Below are positions 36,198 to 47,394 of a DNA stretch of 64,000 nt, piece by piece. The position numbers and the translations under genes are program-made. The notes beneath the pieces are model-generated. The model had not been told where the DNA came from. It saw only the letters and a program-made list of their open reading frames with translations, and searched no databases. Location: assembly GCA_964016885.1 (NCBI GenBank), contig CAXHJY010000214.1, positions 52,823 through 116,822 on the forward strand, in the 5' to 3' direction. Numbering within the stretch: position 1 is the first letter of the stretch; each line of letters starts with the position of its first letter. The stretch comes from Eledone cirrhosa (lineage: Eukaryota).

Positions 36198-38255
36198 ATC
36201 ATCATCATCATCATCATCATCAACGTTTAACGTCCGTGTTCCACGCTTGCATGGGTTTGGACGGGGGTAGTCCCACTTGAGGCAAGAGTGATTGTCTTGC
36301 TCGCATAGGACTGTCTGGCAGGTTTTCTACAGTTGGATGCCCTTCCTAACACCAACCACATTTACAGTGTGGGTCTGGGAGGTTTTTACCGTGTTGCCTA
36401 CACGGCCACATTACAGCGTGGACTGTGTGTTTTTTTGTCGTGACACCTACACGATCTCATTTGTTTCGGCCTGGATGGCGCGGCACCAACATAACTTTAC
36501 ATAGAACGGGGTGGTGTGGATGGGGTGGGGGTGGTGGCGGGACGGGGTGTAGTTTGTTAGAGATGCCTACTGGCAAGGCGGGTCTTCTCTGTTACTGAGT
36601 ACCGCCAAAGGTCACGGTCCAGTGACATTGTCTTGGAGAGGTGTAAGTGTGTGAGGTCGGAGTTTATCAGCTCATCCCATGTTTTTCTAGGTCTGCCTAT
36701 TCCGTGGCTACCGTCTATCTTTATTGCCCTGCACTTTGTAATACAGCTATCGACTTTCATGCGCATCACGTGTCCATACCAACGCAGCCTTCTCTCGAGT
36801 AAACAACATCTGATCCCTCTTATCTCTAATTTTTTCCTTAGTTCGTTTATGCTTTGCCGTTCACGTATATTACTGTTACACATCCAGCGGAGCATGCAAG
36901 CTTCGTTCCTCTCTAGTCTGCGTATATCCTCTGCACACAATGCCCAGGTCTCACTACCATGCAACATTGCTGTTCGTATGCAGGCATCGTACAACCTGCC
37001 TTTCATTTTTAGGGAGAACCCTTTAGCAGCTAATAGTGGTATAAGCTCTCTGAACTTTTTCCAGCCAGTTCTGACTCTAGATACAGTACTTTCAGAGCAC
37101 CCTCCCCCACTGCTGATTTTATCGCCCAGGTAACGGAAGCTGTCCACTATTTCTATAGAACCCTCTGCGCAATTGAAAGAGCTAGTATTTTGTGGGCACT
37201 TGCTGCTACTTATTGCACCAGAACACCGGCCACATGTAAAGTCTATGTTCTTAGTTAGCTTACCTGTGATCCCACTACATCTTTTATGCACCCATACTTT
37301 ACATTTAGGACATAAGATGGAGTTTCTACCTACGCCTTTCCTACATACCGAGCACGACCATTTCCCAGAAGGGACCGCCGCCTTGTTTTCTTTCCTACAA
37401 ACTAGAACTTTGGTCTTAGCCAGGTTAATTTTAAGTCCTTTTGACTCTAGGCCGTGCTTCCATGTTTGGAATTTCTTCTCTAGCTCGGCCATTGATTCCG
37501 CTATGAGTGTCAGGTCGTCTGCGTATAGGAGTTCCCATGGGCAGCCTGTCTTGAACTCCTCTGTTATAGCCTGAAGGGCAATAATAAATAGTAGGGGGCT
37601 GAGAACAGAGCCCTGATGGACGCCAACTTTTACGCTAAACTCTTCACTATATTCGTTGTTAATTCTAACCTTGCTGACTGTTTCTTTATACATGGCTTGT
37701 ATAGCCCTCACAAGCCATTCGTCAACGCCTAGTTTTCTAAGAGCCCACCAGATAATGGAGCGGGGGACTCTGTCGAAGGCTTTCTCCAGGTCGACAAAAG
37801 CTAAGTAGAGGGGTTTACCTTTAGCTAGGTACTTCTCCTGTAGTTGTCGTACTATGAAAAGAGCGTCTGTGGTGCTTTTGCCTGACACAAACCCGAACTG
37901 CATTTCATCTAGATCAATTCTCTCTCTGATTAGTTGCGCTATTACTTTTTCCGTGACCTTCATGACCTGGTCGATTAATTTAATGCCTCTATAGTTACTC
38001 CTATCTAGGGCGTCTCCTTTACCCTTATAACAGTTAACGATGATGCTGCTATGCCAGTCCTTCGGAACAACCCCATTCTGTACGACTTGGTTAACTATGC
38101 GGGTGACCATGGTGTGTCCCACCGTGCCAGATGCCTTCAGCATCTCAGCAACTATTTCCGAAGGCCCAGCCGCCTTACCAGTCTTCATATCCTTGATTGC
38201 CTTACTTATTATACTCCCCTCGACTAACACTGCTGGTCCCTCTATCGGGTCGATA
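36198..38255 (-). mobile_element. RTE-clade LINE, 5' truncated, intact 557-aa RT ORF, (GAT)n tail
   Basis: NYRGIKL, AFVDLEKAFD, GVHQGSVLSP, LYADD, PHD-like Cys cluster, RLRWYGHV, GRPRKTW; 3' UTR and (GAT)n tail at 36198-36222. Confidence 0.93.
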
Positions 38256-38559
38256 TGGGGGATATATATATATATATATATATTTACTAAAAATTAATAA
38301 TAAAGTCATTATAAATCTATGCCATGTCAAATAAGAAACCCAACCCTTATAACATTAAAGCTATAGTAAATCCAACACCAACACATCCACCTAAAGCAAA
38401 ACAAAAACCACAATAACAGTCTGCAAATATCAGAATAGTGTACAAAAAGTGTTGAGTAAACAGGTATGGTAGAGTACTCTCTCTAGGTTCACTCTCCTCC
38501 TGCTCAGAGGTTGGCTGTGCCTTTTATGCAGTCTGTGCCAATAAAATTAGTAGCAGTAA

Positions 38560-38990
38560 TATACGACTACTGATCCTGTGACCCTCAGGATTGTGGGGGC
38601 ATTGTAAGATGGAGCAGTGTACCACCTCCTTCCAACCATCTTTGCCATAAGCCAAGACTAGGGTTGTCCCAAAGTCTTTGCCTGTCCTTTCTGTGATGTT
38701 ATCAGCATATTTTTTTTCTGGTGTATTTGCTTTATTTTCCCTTGAATTCTTTATCGGTGGATGGTCTTGTTCAATCCAACAAATCTTGTCATGTAACAGT
38801 AACATCTCATTTTTTGTTTCTTTTGAGTGGTTATCAAATCTTTGTAGTTGTCTGATTGCAGTGCCAATGCTTTCATTGCTTAGATGTTCCATGTAGGAAA
38901 TATCCATTATTTTTCTGTAGCATCTCTTTTTGAATGTCAGTATTTTTTCTGTAATTCTGTTGGGGGTGTCCATGTTTTGGAGGCACATAA
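38560..38990 (-). mobile_element. Highly degenerate RTE-like 3' fragment
   Basis: FKKRCYRKIMDISY...ADNITERTG..WKEVVH resemble an RTE C-terminus. Confidence 0.55.
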
Positions 38991-40299
38991 AAAAATGGAG
39001 TAATATATGGTTAAAAAAATGGTAATCTGATACAGATGAGTGATAAAAAGAATCTTAACTTTTCTTTAGTTTTTCCATTCCTGATTCCATCTGCAACTCA
39101 TGATAGGTATTGAACTGAGAATGCACGGAGATAGGCCAGATATTGCAAAGCATTCTGTTCAATTCTTTAACAATCCTGTCAATCTACTGCCCTTGGACTG
39201 GTAATTTACTATCATCAGCATCACCATTTTACATCTGTTTTCCATACTGGCATGGGCTGGGCAGGCTGTTACATTCTGATATTAGACAGGTCAAATAATC
39301 ACATCCTGCTCATGTTCTAGGTTGGCATATGTTCCTCCAGCTGGGTGCCCTTCTAAATGCCAACCACTTTACATCATGTACTTGGTGCATCTTATTATGG
39401 CATCAGCTCTACCACTTTATAGAGTATACTGGGTGTATTTTATTGTGGACCCAGCACTGCCACTTTATAGGATGGGCTGAGTGTATTTTGTTGTGGTACC
39501 AGCACTACCAATTTACAGGGTGGACTGGTTAGTTTTACTTTAAGGCCCCTGTGGATTACTGTGAGACCCTAAGCTGTAGCTTCATCAGTCTGTGTCTAAA
39601 TCTTGCACAATTCCTTCCTAAACTTGCTTCAAACTGTAAACTTGATAAAAGGTCAAGGCCAACTAAGAAGCATTTGACTTCATTGTTTTCTAAATCCCAC
39701 CATCCTCGTATAACTTGATGTTTCGACACTATTTTGTCCATTTTCCATATTGGCCTAGGTTGGACAGCACATCATGATTTGAATCTATACAGGTCAGATG
39801 ACCACGTCTTGCTCATACATACCATTTTGGCATGGTTTCTTTGGTTGGATGCCCCTCCAAATACCAACCACTTTAAAGAGTGTACTGGGTGCATTTTATC
39901 GTGGCCTCAACACTACTAGTTTACAGTAGTTTATCAACCCCAAAAGGATGAAAGGCAAAGTTATCTCATTGGACTTTCAGCATATAAATGAATTAAAAAA
40001 GACCTATAACTGTGAATTGAAATTGAGTAGATTTCACTTAGAGTGACCTACTATGTATCCTACTATAACCCCGGTTGACCAATGCCATGAGAGTGGAATT
40101 AGGTAGATGGGAGTTGCAGAAGCAGCTCATTTTTGTGTTTCTTTTGCATTGATATTTGCTTTTTGTCTCTTCGAATTAGATAAAAGATAAATACTAACTG
40201 TTGGTCGTCAAACAAAATGATGCTGGATATTGTGCCTGTTACTCGAACTAATTTGTTTCCTTTAAACAATAAGTTTAGTCCTTATTGTATTACAAATAA

Positions 40300-40790
40300 C
40301 TATAACACTTTTGCTTCTTCCCACATGCTGGATGCTGCGGTTGGGGTGAGAGACACAGTTTCCGCCCCCGAACGGAAAATCTTAAAATACTGTGATCTGT
40401 TGGCCAATCACATTTACCAGCCTGTGGCGTTCGAGACGATTGGGGAAGTCGGGCCACTGACTGCAAGATTCCTATCTTCACAGGCGGATCGCCTAACAGA
40501 GGTGTCTGGTGAAGCTCGTGAGGGCGCTTGGTTGTTCCAGCGCATCAGCCGCGCCATCACCCGAGGTAACGCTGCGAGCGTGCTGGCTTGCCTCAAAAAT
40601 CATTAGAGAGGTTTCCCAGTGCTCCTCGCGATACTGTTATCTTTTGCTCTGGTGGCGGCTCGGTTGTCCACCCCTTTGTTGTATGTGGACGCAGATGAGT
40701 GGGTTTTTTTTCCTTTCTTTGTTTTCTGTTTTCCCTCTCCCTTACCTTTATATTATATTTGTTTGTGCTTTCGTTCTGTAAACATTGTAT
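40300..40790 (+). mobile_element. CRE-like non-LTR retrotransposon 3' fragment (restriction-like endonuclease C-terminus)
   Basis: ERKILKY..YQPVAFETIGEVG..WLFQRISRAITRGNAASVL; GC-rich relative to flanks. Confidence 0.7.
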
Positions 40791-41636
40791 TATTATATCT
40801 CTTTTTATCACTGGTGCTTCATTTTATCGACCCCGTGAGGATGAAAGGCAAAGCTAATCTCGCCGAGGTTAGCTTTGCCTTTCATCCTCATGGGGTCGAT
40901 AAAATGAAGCACCAGTAATGCACTGGGATAATTGATGGCCTTGTGCCAAAAGTAGAAACAATTATTATATCTCTTTTTATACAACAGTGAATAAAATTAC
41001 TGCAACCCCCACCCCCAAAAAACTATAACACATCTTTTTAAAATTGTAGTACGTGCATAGTACACCGAGCCAACGAGGAGCTTTTATAAAATCGCCCGAT
41101 CCGCTAGAAATAACAGCCACATTCCACCCCACATTCACTGAAAAGATGAAATGATTACGACTGGAACGCCTTCAATCAGAGATTTGATCAATCAAAGCCG
41201 ACCTAAGATAACAACCAGTGGAAGTATTCGTAGGTCGACTTTCTGTAATAATATTCACACCACTGACTGAATGAAAAATAAAACAAAATAAAGTACCAAA
41301 GACGTATTGATATATGATATATGGGAAACACCGAAACGGTGTATGTTTTAAATTAAGAATAATAAACTTGTTCGATGAAAAATCTGCACTAACTTTGTTT
41401 AGATTTGGTTTATTTAACGAGATTTAAATTTTATACAGTTCATTAACATAACGGTGTGTATGTTATATTTAAACAAAGTCAGTTAAATATAAATCCTTAA
41501 TTAAATGGTAAATTTAGATGTTTAAATATGGTTTGTGTAATTCGTCTTAAAATATCTCAAGCTAAACATTGTATCAAGTACAATAAAATATGTTAATAGT
41601 GTTTACATGGCTTTATGAGAATTACTCTTGTCCTAC

Positions 41637-41798
41637 CTCCACAGGAAGACGCCTGTGTTGAATCTGACTGGATAGTTCTATAAGTATATCCCTTTGTTTA
41701 TCTGTTAGGTAAGCTCTGGGCTCAACATTAGCATCCCACTGGCTTAGTCGTTCTCTTAATGTCTTTTGATCGAGCAACTTGGTCGACAAATCCGCCAT
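41637..41798 (-). CDS. COG3: COG3 (conserved oligomeric Golgi complex subunit 3) coding exon 1
   Basis: ATG at 41798; translates MADLSTKLLDQKTLRERLSQWDANVEPRAYLTDKQRDILIELSSQIQHRRLPVE, resembling the vertebrate COG3 N-terminus (REKLALWD...APLTDRQ). Donor GAG|gtagga; 162 nt, phase 0. Confidence 0.92.
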
Positions 41799-41870
41799 TT
41801 TGACATTTTTATAAACCGATCGTCCCAGCTTCGCTTGCCACGTCGCTTACGGTGTCAATTACAAAAGTGT
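41789..41870 (-). promoter_or_regulatory. COG3 promoter / start region with YY1-like AAAATGGCGG motif
   Basis: AAAATGGCGG overlaps the start codon; locally CpG-rich stretch immediately upstream. TSS not determinable. Confidence 0.5.
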
Positions 41871-42186
41871 ACATTGAGCAATTAATGACCGGGATTCTCA
41901 ACACTATTTCTAACAGTACGTATTTGAACTCGCTAGAAAATACTGATCAAGTACACCTATGCTTAAAAGCGATGTTGCCAAATGGAAATTACGATTTAAT
42001 ACTAAACTTCTTCAATATAAAAAAGTATTAAAGAAATACTTGATAAGGAAAAATTACTTTATTTAAAAAGAAGCGTAGAAAAGCTGTATTTGAATCCGCA
42101 TTTAACGATTTTTTTAAAATCATTAAATACTTTTAAAAATATTCCAGTATTGATATCTTGTTTCTCAATTAGCTATCTGTCCATTG

Positions 42187-43054
42187 GGCACTACAACGCT
42201 ATTAGCTGTCAGTCCAAGCAGCCGATGGAAACAGACGAAGGTGACGTCACTCGTCAAACATCGTTTATTTCCGTATTACTACCACACGTAAGTGGAGTTT
42301 TCACGCGTTTTCACAAATAGAAAACAAGTCATGGTTATAAAGCATATCGATGTAAGTGGAGTTACTTAAATGAAAATATAGGTAGCCCTTAAAAGGGCCA
42401 AATTAGAAAACAAATTTAAGTTAATTAGAAAACAAGACATGGTTATCAAATAAATTTGATTTATTCATTTATATTTTCATTATTCACCAACCTTATTCAA
42501 AAGCATGTTTAGAAACATTTTTTACACCAACTTTATTCAAATGCATGGAATCAGATGACGGATATGTTCTAATAACTTTTGGAAAATTTCTCCTTTAAAT
42601 TCATACCGCCACATGAATTCAATGAGATGGGTTTGAAGCAAATTTCTGGCTGTCCCGTTTTCCCTTTTATTCCTATTTTTTACGTGTTTCCACAAGCATT
42701 CTATGTGATTCGTTGTGGCAAATGTTACTGGATCAACAAAATTGATCGAATGGTTCACCGTCAAATGTTGATAGCCTAGCTGATCGATCGTATTATAGGA
42801 ACGCCATAGATCAGATATTATGGTTGTCCCTGGCAATATACGATCCTGTATAATGGTTAAAAGTGTCTCCGCTGTCCTGTCTTCTACTGCTACTAAAATA
42901 CATCTTCTGGTACCTCTTTCCAAAGCACCAAAAACCCACTGTGTTTTCACAGAATGGCCACGATGGTATTTCCTTCTCACGAATGCGCTTTCATCAATCT
43001 CGACAATTCGGTTTGGCCCGCCAAGCTTAATGTTTTGTGCCACATAGTACTCTG
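42187..43054 (-). mobile_element. Merlin (IS1595/ISXO2-like) DNA transposon: 3' half of transposase with terminal repeat
   Basis: ORF 42537-43043: LGGPNRIVEIDES, RKYHRG, WVFG, TTIISDLWRSY, HLTVNHS, TNHIECLW, the DDE signature of Merlin/IS1595. Terminal repeat GGCACTACAACGCTATTAGCTGTCAG starts at 42187. Confidence 0.92.
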
Positions 43055-43267
43055 GGCACTACAAAGCTATTAGCTGTCAGCCGAAGCAGCCGATGAAAGC
43101 AAAACATCGTTTATTTCCGTATTACTACCACGCGTAAGTGGAGTTACTTAAATGAACAATTTTTTTTTCACGCGTTTTTTTTGTTTTTTTTTTATTAAAG
43201 CATATAGATGTAAGTGGAGTTACTTAAATGAAAATATAGGTGGCCCTTAAAAGGGCCAAATTAGAAT
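43055..43267. mobile_element. Second Merlin terminal sequence, truncating the transposase
   Basis: GGCACTACAAAGCTATTAGCTGTCAG...CCCTTAAAAGGGCCAAATTAGAA is a direct-orientation copy of 42187-42408. Confidence 0.85.
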
Positions 43268-43325
43268 ATACCGCTGCGTTTTTACAGTTTTACTAGTTAC
43301 ACATACACACATATATATATATACA

Positions 43326-43404
43326 CACGGTGTCCCCTCCAAAATATATACACACTTTGATTAGTTTGCTGTTGAAGTGTGTATACATTTTTTGGGACAC
43401 TGTG
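43326..43404. mobile_element. About 80-bp Tc1/mariner-type mini-MITE
   Basis: cacggtgtccc..aaaa..tatacacactt / aagtgtgtata..ttttgggacactgtg inverted ends within a TA tract. Confidence 0.5.
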
Positions 43405-43406
43405 TT

Positions 43407-43452
<46 letters not shown>

Positions 43453-43879
43453 GGGAAGGGAGACATTTTTGGATGCTATACCTAACATAATAAAATCCAA
43501 AATACACCCCTAACATTTGTCGAAATATCAATCACGAGAGTAGATAAATAAATATATAAATACATAAATAAGAAATGATAGAAAAGGAAAAGAAAATCCC
43601 TACATTATGTAATATTCCCAGTCACGCCTAAATTTCAAAACCGGGAGGGAAAAGTCCGAGAGTTAAAATCCCAAATGATGGTACCTCAAATACTAGTGTA
43701 TCCCTTCGCATTACAGTTTAAAGCAATACATATGATCGCTTTGATGACTCTTATTCGTTTCTAAGTGTCTCGTTTTTTTCTCTTCTTTCTATATGTCAAA
43801 ATCTTTCCCTCTGTCTATCTCTTTCCCTCTCTGTCTATATTTTGCCATAAAAACGATAATGATAATCAATTCAATTAAG

Positions 43880-43955
<76 letters not shown>

Positions 43956-44019
43956 AAGATGAATATAAAATGAAAGTGCTTTTTTTTAAAAAGGAACTTA
44001 TTAGGTATTGACATATGTT

Positions 44020-45592
44020 TCTATAACAGACGGAATACCTATGTATCGCTGCTTGCGTAATAATGTTAGCAAGTATTCGATAGCAAATGTATAATCAGTT
44101 GTCACTTCTTCAGAGATTTTGGATAAATTGGATAAAATCAGAAAAATTGAAGTATTTATATTAGTTGTAATAGAGGAAGAAGAGAAGGGAGAGTATATGA
44201 CAGATGGTAATTCAATTTACAGCTAAACAAGTATATAAAGGGTTTCTAATGAGAATACAATTAGTAAATGGTTGATTTTATCTAAATAAGAATTTTTGGG
44301 AGTGCCTATTTTAATCTATACTTGACCAATTGAACAGTGGACAGGGCTGGTCATTTGGTGTAGTAGTATTAATTATAAAGTGTCAATTGAGGAAGGGGGA
44401 GATTTCGACTGCTACTGAATAACATTAATGCTAGTAGCCAGCTGGTATATGCATTAGGGAATTGAATTAAGAAATCAGAAATCTCATTTTATCTATAGCA
44501 GTTTATATTAAATGGTAAATAATAGAAGAGTTGATAGAATTAAGACTAATAGAGAATGTTAATATGTATTTTGACAATCAAACGGAGATGGAGACAGGCG
44601 TTCAATCCTGGTAGTATTTGTAATATGAAAATGTGGATTTTAAGCGATGGTTACAGTATAACGATCGCTCTATTCTGTTATTTAATAAAATGTTTTGGGA
44701 TTTCCTAATACAAAATAATTCCATATTACATAATTTACAAAATTCCTGTCCGTGGGAATATTGGGGGGGGGGGGGGCAGCCGCTATTATATCCCATTTTA
44801 GGTTAAATTGTTGGTTATTTTCACGCAGCTGCCAAGCCTTGTCTGCGAGTGTTGTTACATAACGCTGGTTTTCATGTTTTATCGAGTAGCGATGTCTATA
44901 AAGGCGTGATTTGAAGGAGGTGGCTGTAGATCCCACATAGTACCACTTCTGTCTATCCGATTCGATAGTACATTTGTATATGATGTTGCGTTCAAGACAC
45001 TGAGTGTTCAACGGACACATTCCTGGTTGGACACAGTTACAGTTATAATTTTGCATTGTTGTATTGTCATGGATGGGTTGATGAGGTTGCTTGGGTAGGA
45101 CAGGATGTTGTTTGTTGTTTTGTGATGTTATAGCTAATGTTTTACGTGTATTGTTATGTGTTGGAAGGCGTTTATACAACCGTTTTGCGTTAAGCTTTTT
45201 TATATGTTGTTCAATATTAGGGGCGGTTGGATAGGAAAGTCGAATAGTGTTAGGGTTTAAGATTTTATTATATTTATGTGATGTTGGAAAGTGTTTTTTA
45301 ACTAATCGAAAGAATTGTGAGGGTAGATTGGTTTTAATAGAGTTGTTATAGACCGGGTTGTACCAAATATACTCCTTACATCGCCTTCTGTTTGGTGGTG
45401 TGCGACTATTATTGTGTCTATTGCGGTAGTGTATGTATGGTGGTGATTCTGTGCTATTTCTACTCCTATGGGATTTATTTTGGGTGTTTTGGTGATCTTC
45501 GACTATATACTCTATATTATCTAGGTGTCCGGCTTTCCTAAGTGCATCATCATAACATTCGGCATGTTCTTTGAAGGTTTGTTGGTTGGACG
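44020..45592 (-). mobile_element. Penelope-like element 3' fragment (thumb + GIY-YIG)
   Basis: ORF 44682-45596: YDDALRKAG, IWYNP, CNCVQPGMCPLNTQC, YYVGSTATSFKSRLYRH; frameshift near the end. The 3' boundary is approximate. Confidence 0.85.
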
Positions 45593-46196
45593 ACATTCCC
45601 CCTTTTTTTAGCCGTTAAAAGAAATATAGATTTTTTTTTTTTTTTTTTTTGCGATTTATTTGCCACTGGGGCATATATTTCTTTATTTGCCCCTTTTTTG
45701 TTTGTTTGTTTTTTGGCGATTTATTAGCCTTTTGGGGTCACACACACCCCCGTAGAAACTGCGACCTTTCTGCCAGGGAGTACAGAGAGAGGGGGGTGCT
45801 CCCTTCTCTTACCTGTACAAGCCGATATAGAGAGATGGCCCACTTACACGGGCCATTTATTGCTACTTTCACCCGAAAAAGGCACTCAGTCCCAGCCAAT
45901 TCCATGAAAGATGGGTGAAAGTAGCAATAATGGCCCGTGTAAGTGGGCCATCTCTCTATATCGGCTTGTACAGGTAAGAGAAGGGAGCACCCCCCTCTCT
46001 GTGCTCCCTGGCAGAAAGGTCGCACACTTTCTACGGGGGCGTGTGTGACCCCAAAAGGCTAATAAATCGCAAAAAAACAAACAAACAAACAAAAAAGGGG
46101 CAAATAAAGAAATCTATGCCCCAGTTGCAAATAAATTGCAAAAAAATAAAAATAAATAAATCTATATTTCTTTTAACGGCTAAAGAAAGGGAATGT
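45593..46196. repeat. Foldback / long inverted repeat, about 280-bp arms and 38-nt spacer
   Basis: 45593-45874 is the near-perfect reverse complement of 45913-46196; the ORF track shows the same peptide on both strands. Confidence 0.93.
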
Positions 46197-46513
46197 AAAT
46201 TTGTTGGAATAGCCTCATACATTGAAGTAAGCAGCAACTGCAGCAAGTAAGCGGCATTTAGACAGCTAAAATTGGATATCGCCTATTTCTTAATTGAATT
46301 GATTATCATTATCGTTTTTATGGCAAAAGATAGACAGAGAGGGAATTATGTCTCATATAAAATAATACAACTGGCTATCCGCAAAATACGTATAGTTAGC
46401 ACCCCAAACGTATAATTAGGATTATACTAAGGTATATCCTAATGTTTGTTGAGTGAGACGGAGGCCGGTCGGAGTATTGCTTAAAGCTTTCTCTGTTAAT
46501 GTATTAAATATTA

Positions 46514-46690
46514 GGCACTACAACGCTATTAGCTGTCAGTCGAAAGCAGCAGATCAAAGCAAAACATCGTTTATTTCCGTATTACTACCACGCGTAAGTG
46601 GAGTTACTTGGTGGTAGCAATACGGAAATAAACGATGATGAATGACGTCACCTTCGCCTGCTTTCATCGGCTGCGTTCACGACTGACAGC
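46514..46690. mobile_element. Merlin-derived palindromic MITE-like remnant
   Basis: Third copy of the terminus (46514-46608) followed directly by an inverted copy (GTGGTAGCAATACGGAAATAAACGATG...CTGACAGCTA) lacking the outermost bases. Confidence 0.8.
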
Positions 46691-46699
46691 TATATATCA

Positions 46700-46862
46700 C
46701 GTGAACACAATCACATTATTCTTTCAAAAGGAAAAGTTTGGCGCCATTTTTTTCCAGGGAGTAAACAAACGCAGGAGAAAAGAATAAACAGCATTCTTTC
46801 ATCGTTACAACTTATATACACATTAATGATGACAAATTGTAAAAGCAAAAGATAAGAAAACG
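46700..46862 (+). other. Probable non-coding first exon of a divergent plus-strand gene
   Basis: CACGTG at about 46698, GGCGCCATTTT (YY1-type) at 46740-46750, strong donor ACG|GTAAGT at 46862/46863. No downstream exon found in the window. Confidence 0.45.
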
Positions 46863-47010
46863 GTAAGTAATATCAAATAATTATTAAAGTGTTGAGATTA
46901 AAAACGTTCAGTCTGACGGATGAGTTATGTATATGTTACAGGAGTACATTACACGAATAATTAAGGTTCATACATACATATATATATGTGTGTATGTATG
47001 TATATATATG

Positions 47011-47076
47011 TATTTTATCTTATGAAAGCGCACCATAATTTGCCTTGGTGGCCCTTGAAATATGTATACTAAAATA
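47011..47076 (+). ncRNA. Degenerate hammerhead motif (core CTTATGA) in a solo pLTR fragment
   Basis: tattttat-CTTATGA-aagcgcacca..tggtggccctt-GAAA-tatgtata-ctaaaata, followed by the same aaataaatatggttttataaatatagttt tail as the 25813 copy. G5 is mutated, so probably inactive. Confidence 0.55.
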
Positions 47077-47394
47077 AATATGGTTTTATAAATATAGTTT
47101 CCATTTATTAATATATTGTATATATATATATATGTATTAGAATTGGTGCTCTGAAATAACTATATATATATATATGAATGTATATATAGTGTATTTTGCA
47201 ATACACTGTATGCTATTGTTTTAGAGTAGTGGCAGACTCACTTTAATTTCAGCAAACAGGGGTAGAGATAAAGCTGAAATTAAAGTGAGTCTGTCACTAC
47301 TCTAAAAGAATAGCATAAGGTCTTCGAAATGCTTTTAATTAAGCATACGGTGTATTGCAAAATACACTATATATACATTCATATATATGTATGT

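Noticed and set aside
42537-43043. Bacterial IS1595 insertion, contamination or recent HGT
   Set aside because: Motifs and long GG-starting termini fit eukaryotic Merlin, and it is embedded among host repeats.
44001-44113. Partial hammerhead-like motif on the minus strand (taggtatt...GAAA-CATATG-TC-aataccta) downstream of PLE fragment 3
   Set aside because: Stem I and a palindromic stem III with GUC are present, but no CTGANGA directly follows stem I. The CTGAAGA at 44107-44113 has no matching stem I. At best a decayed remnant.
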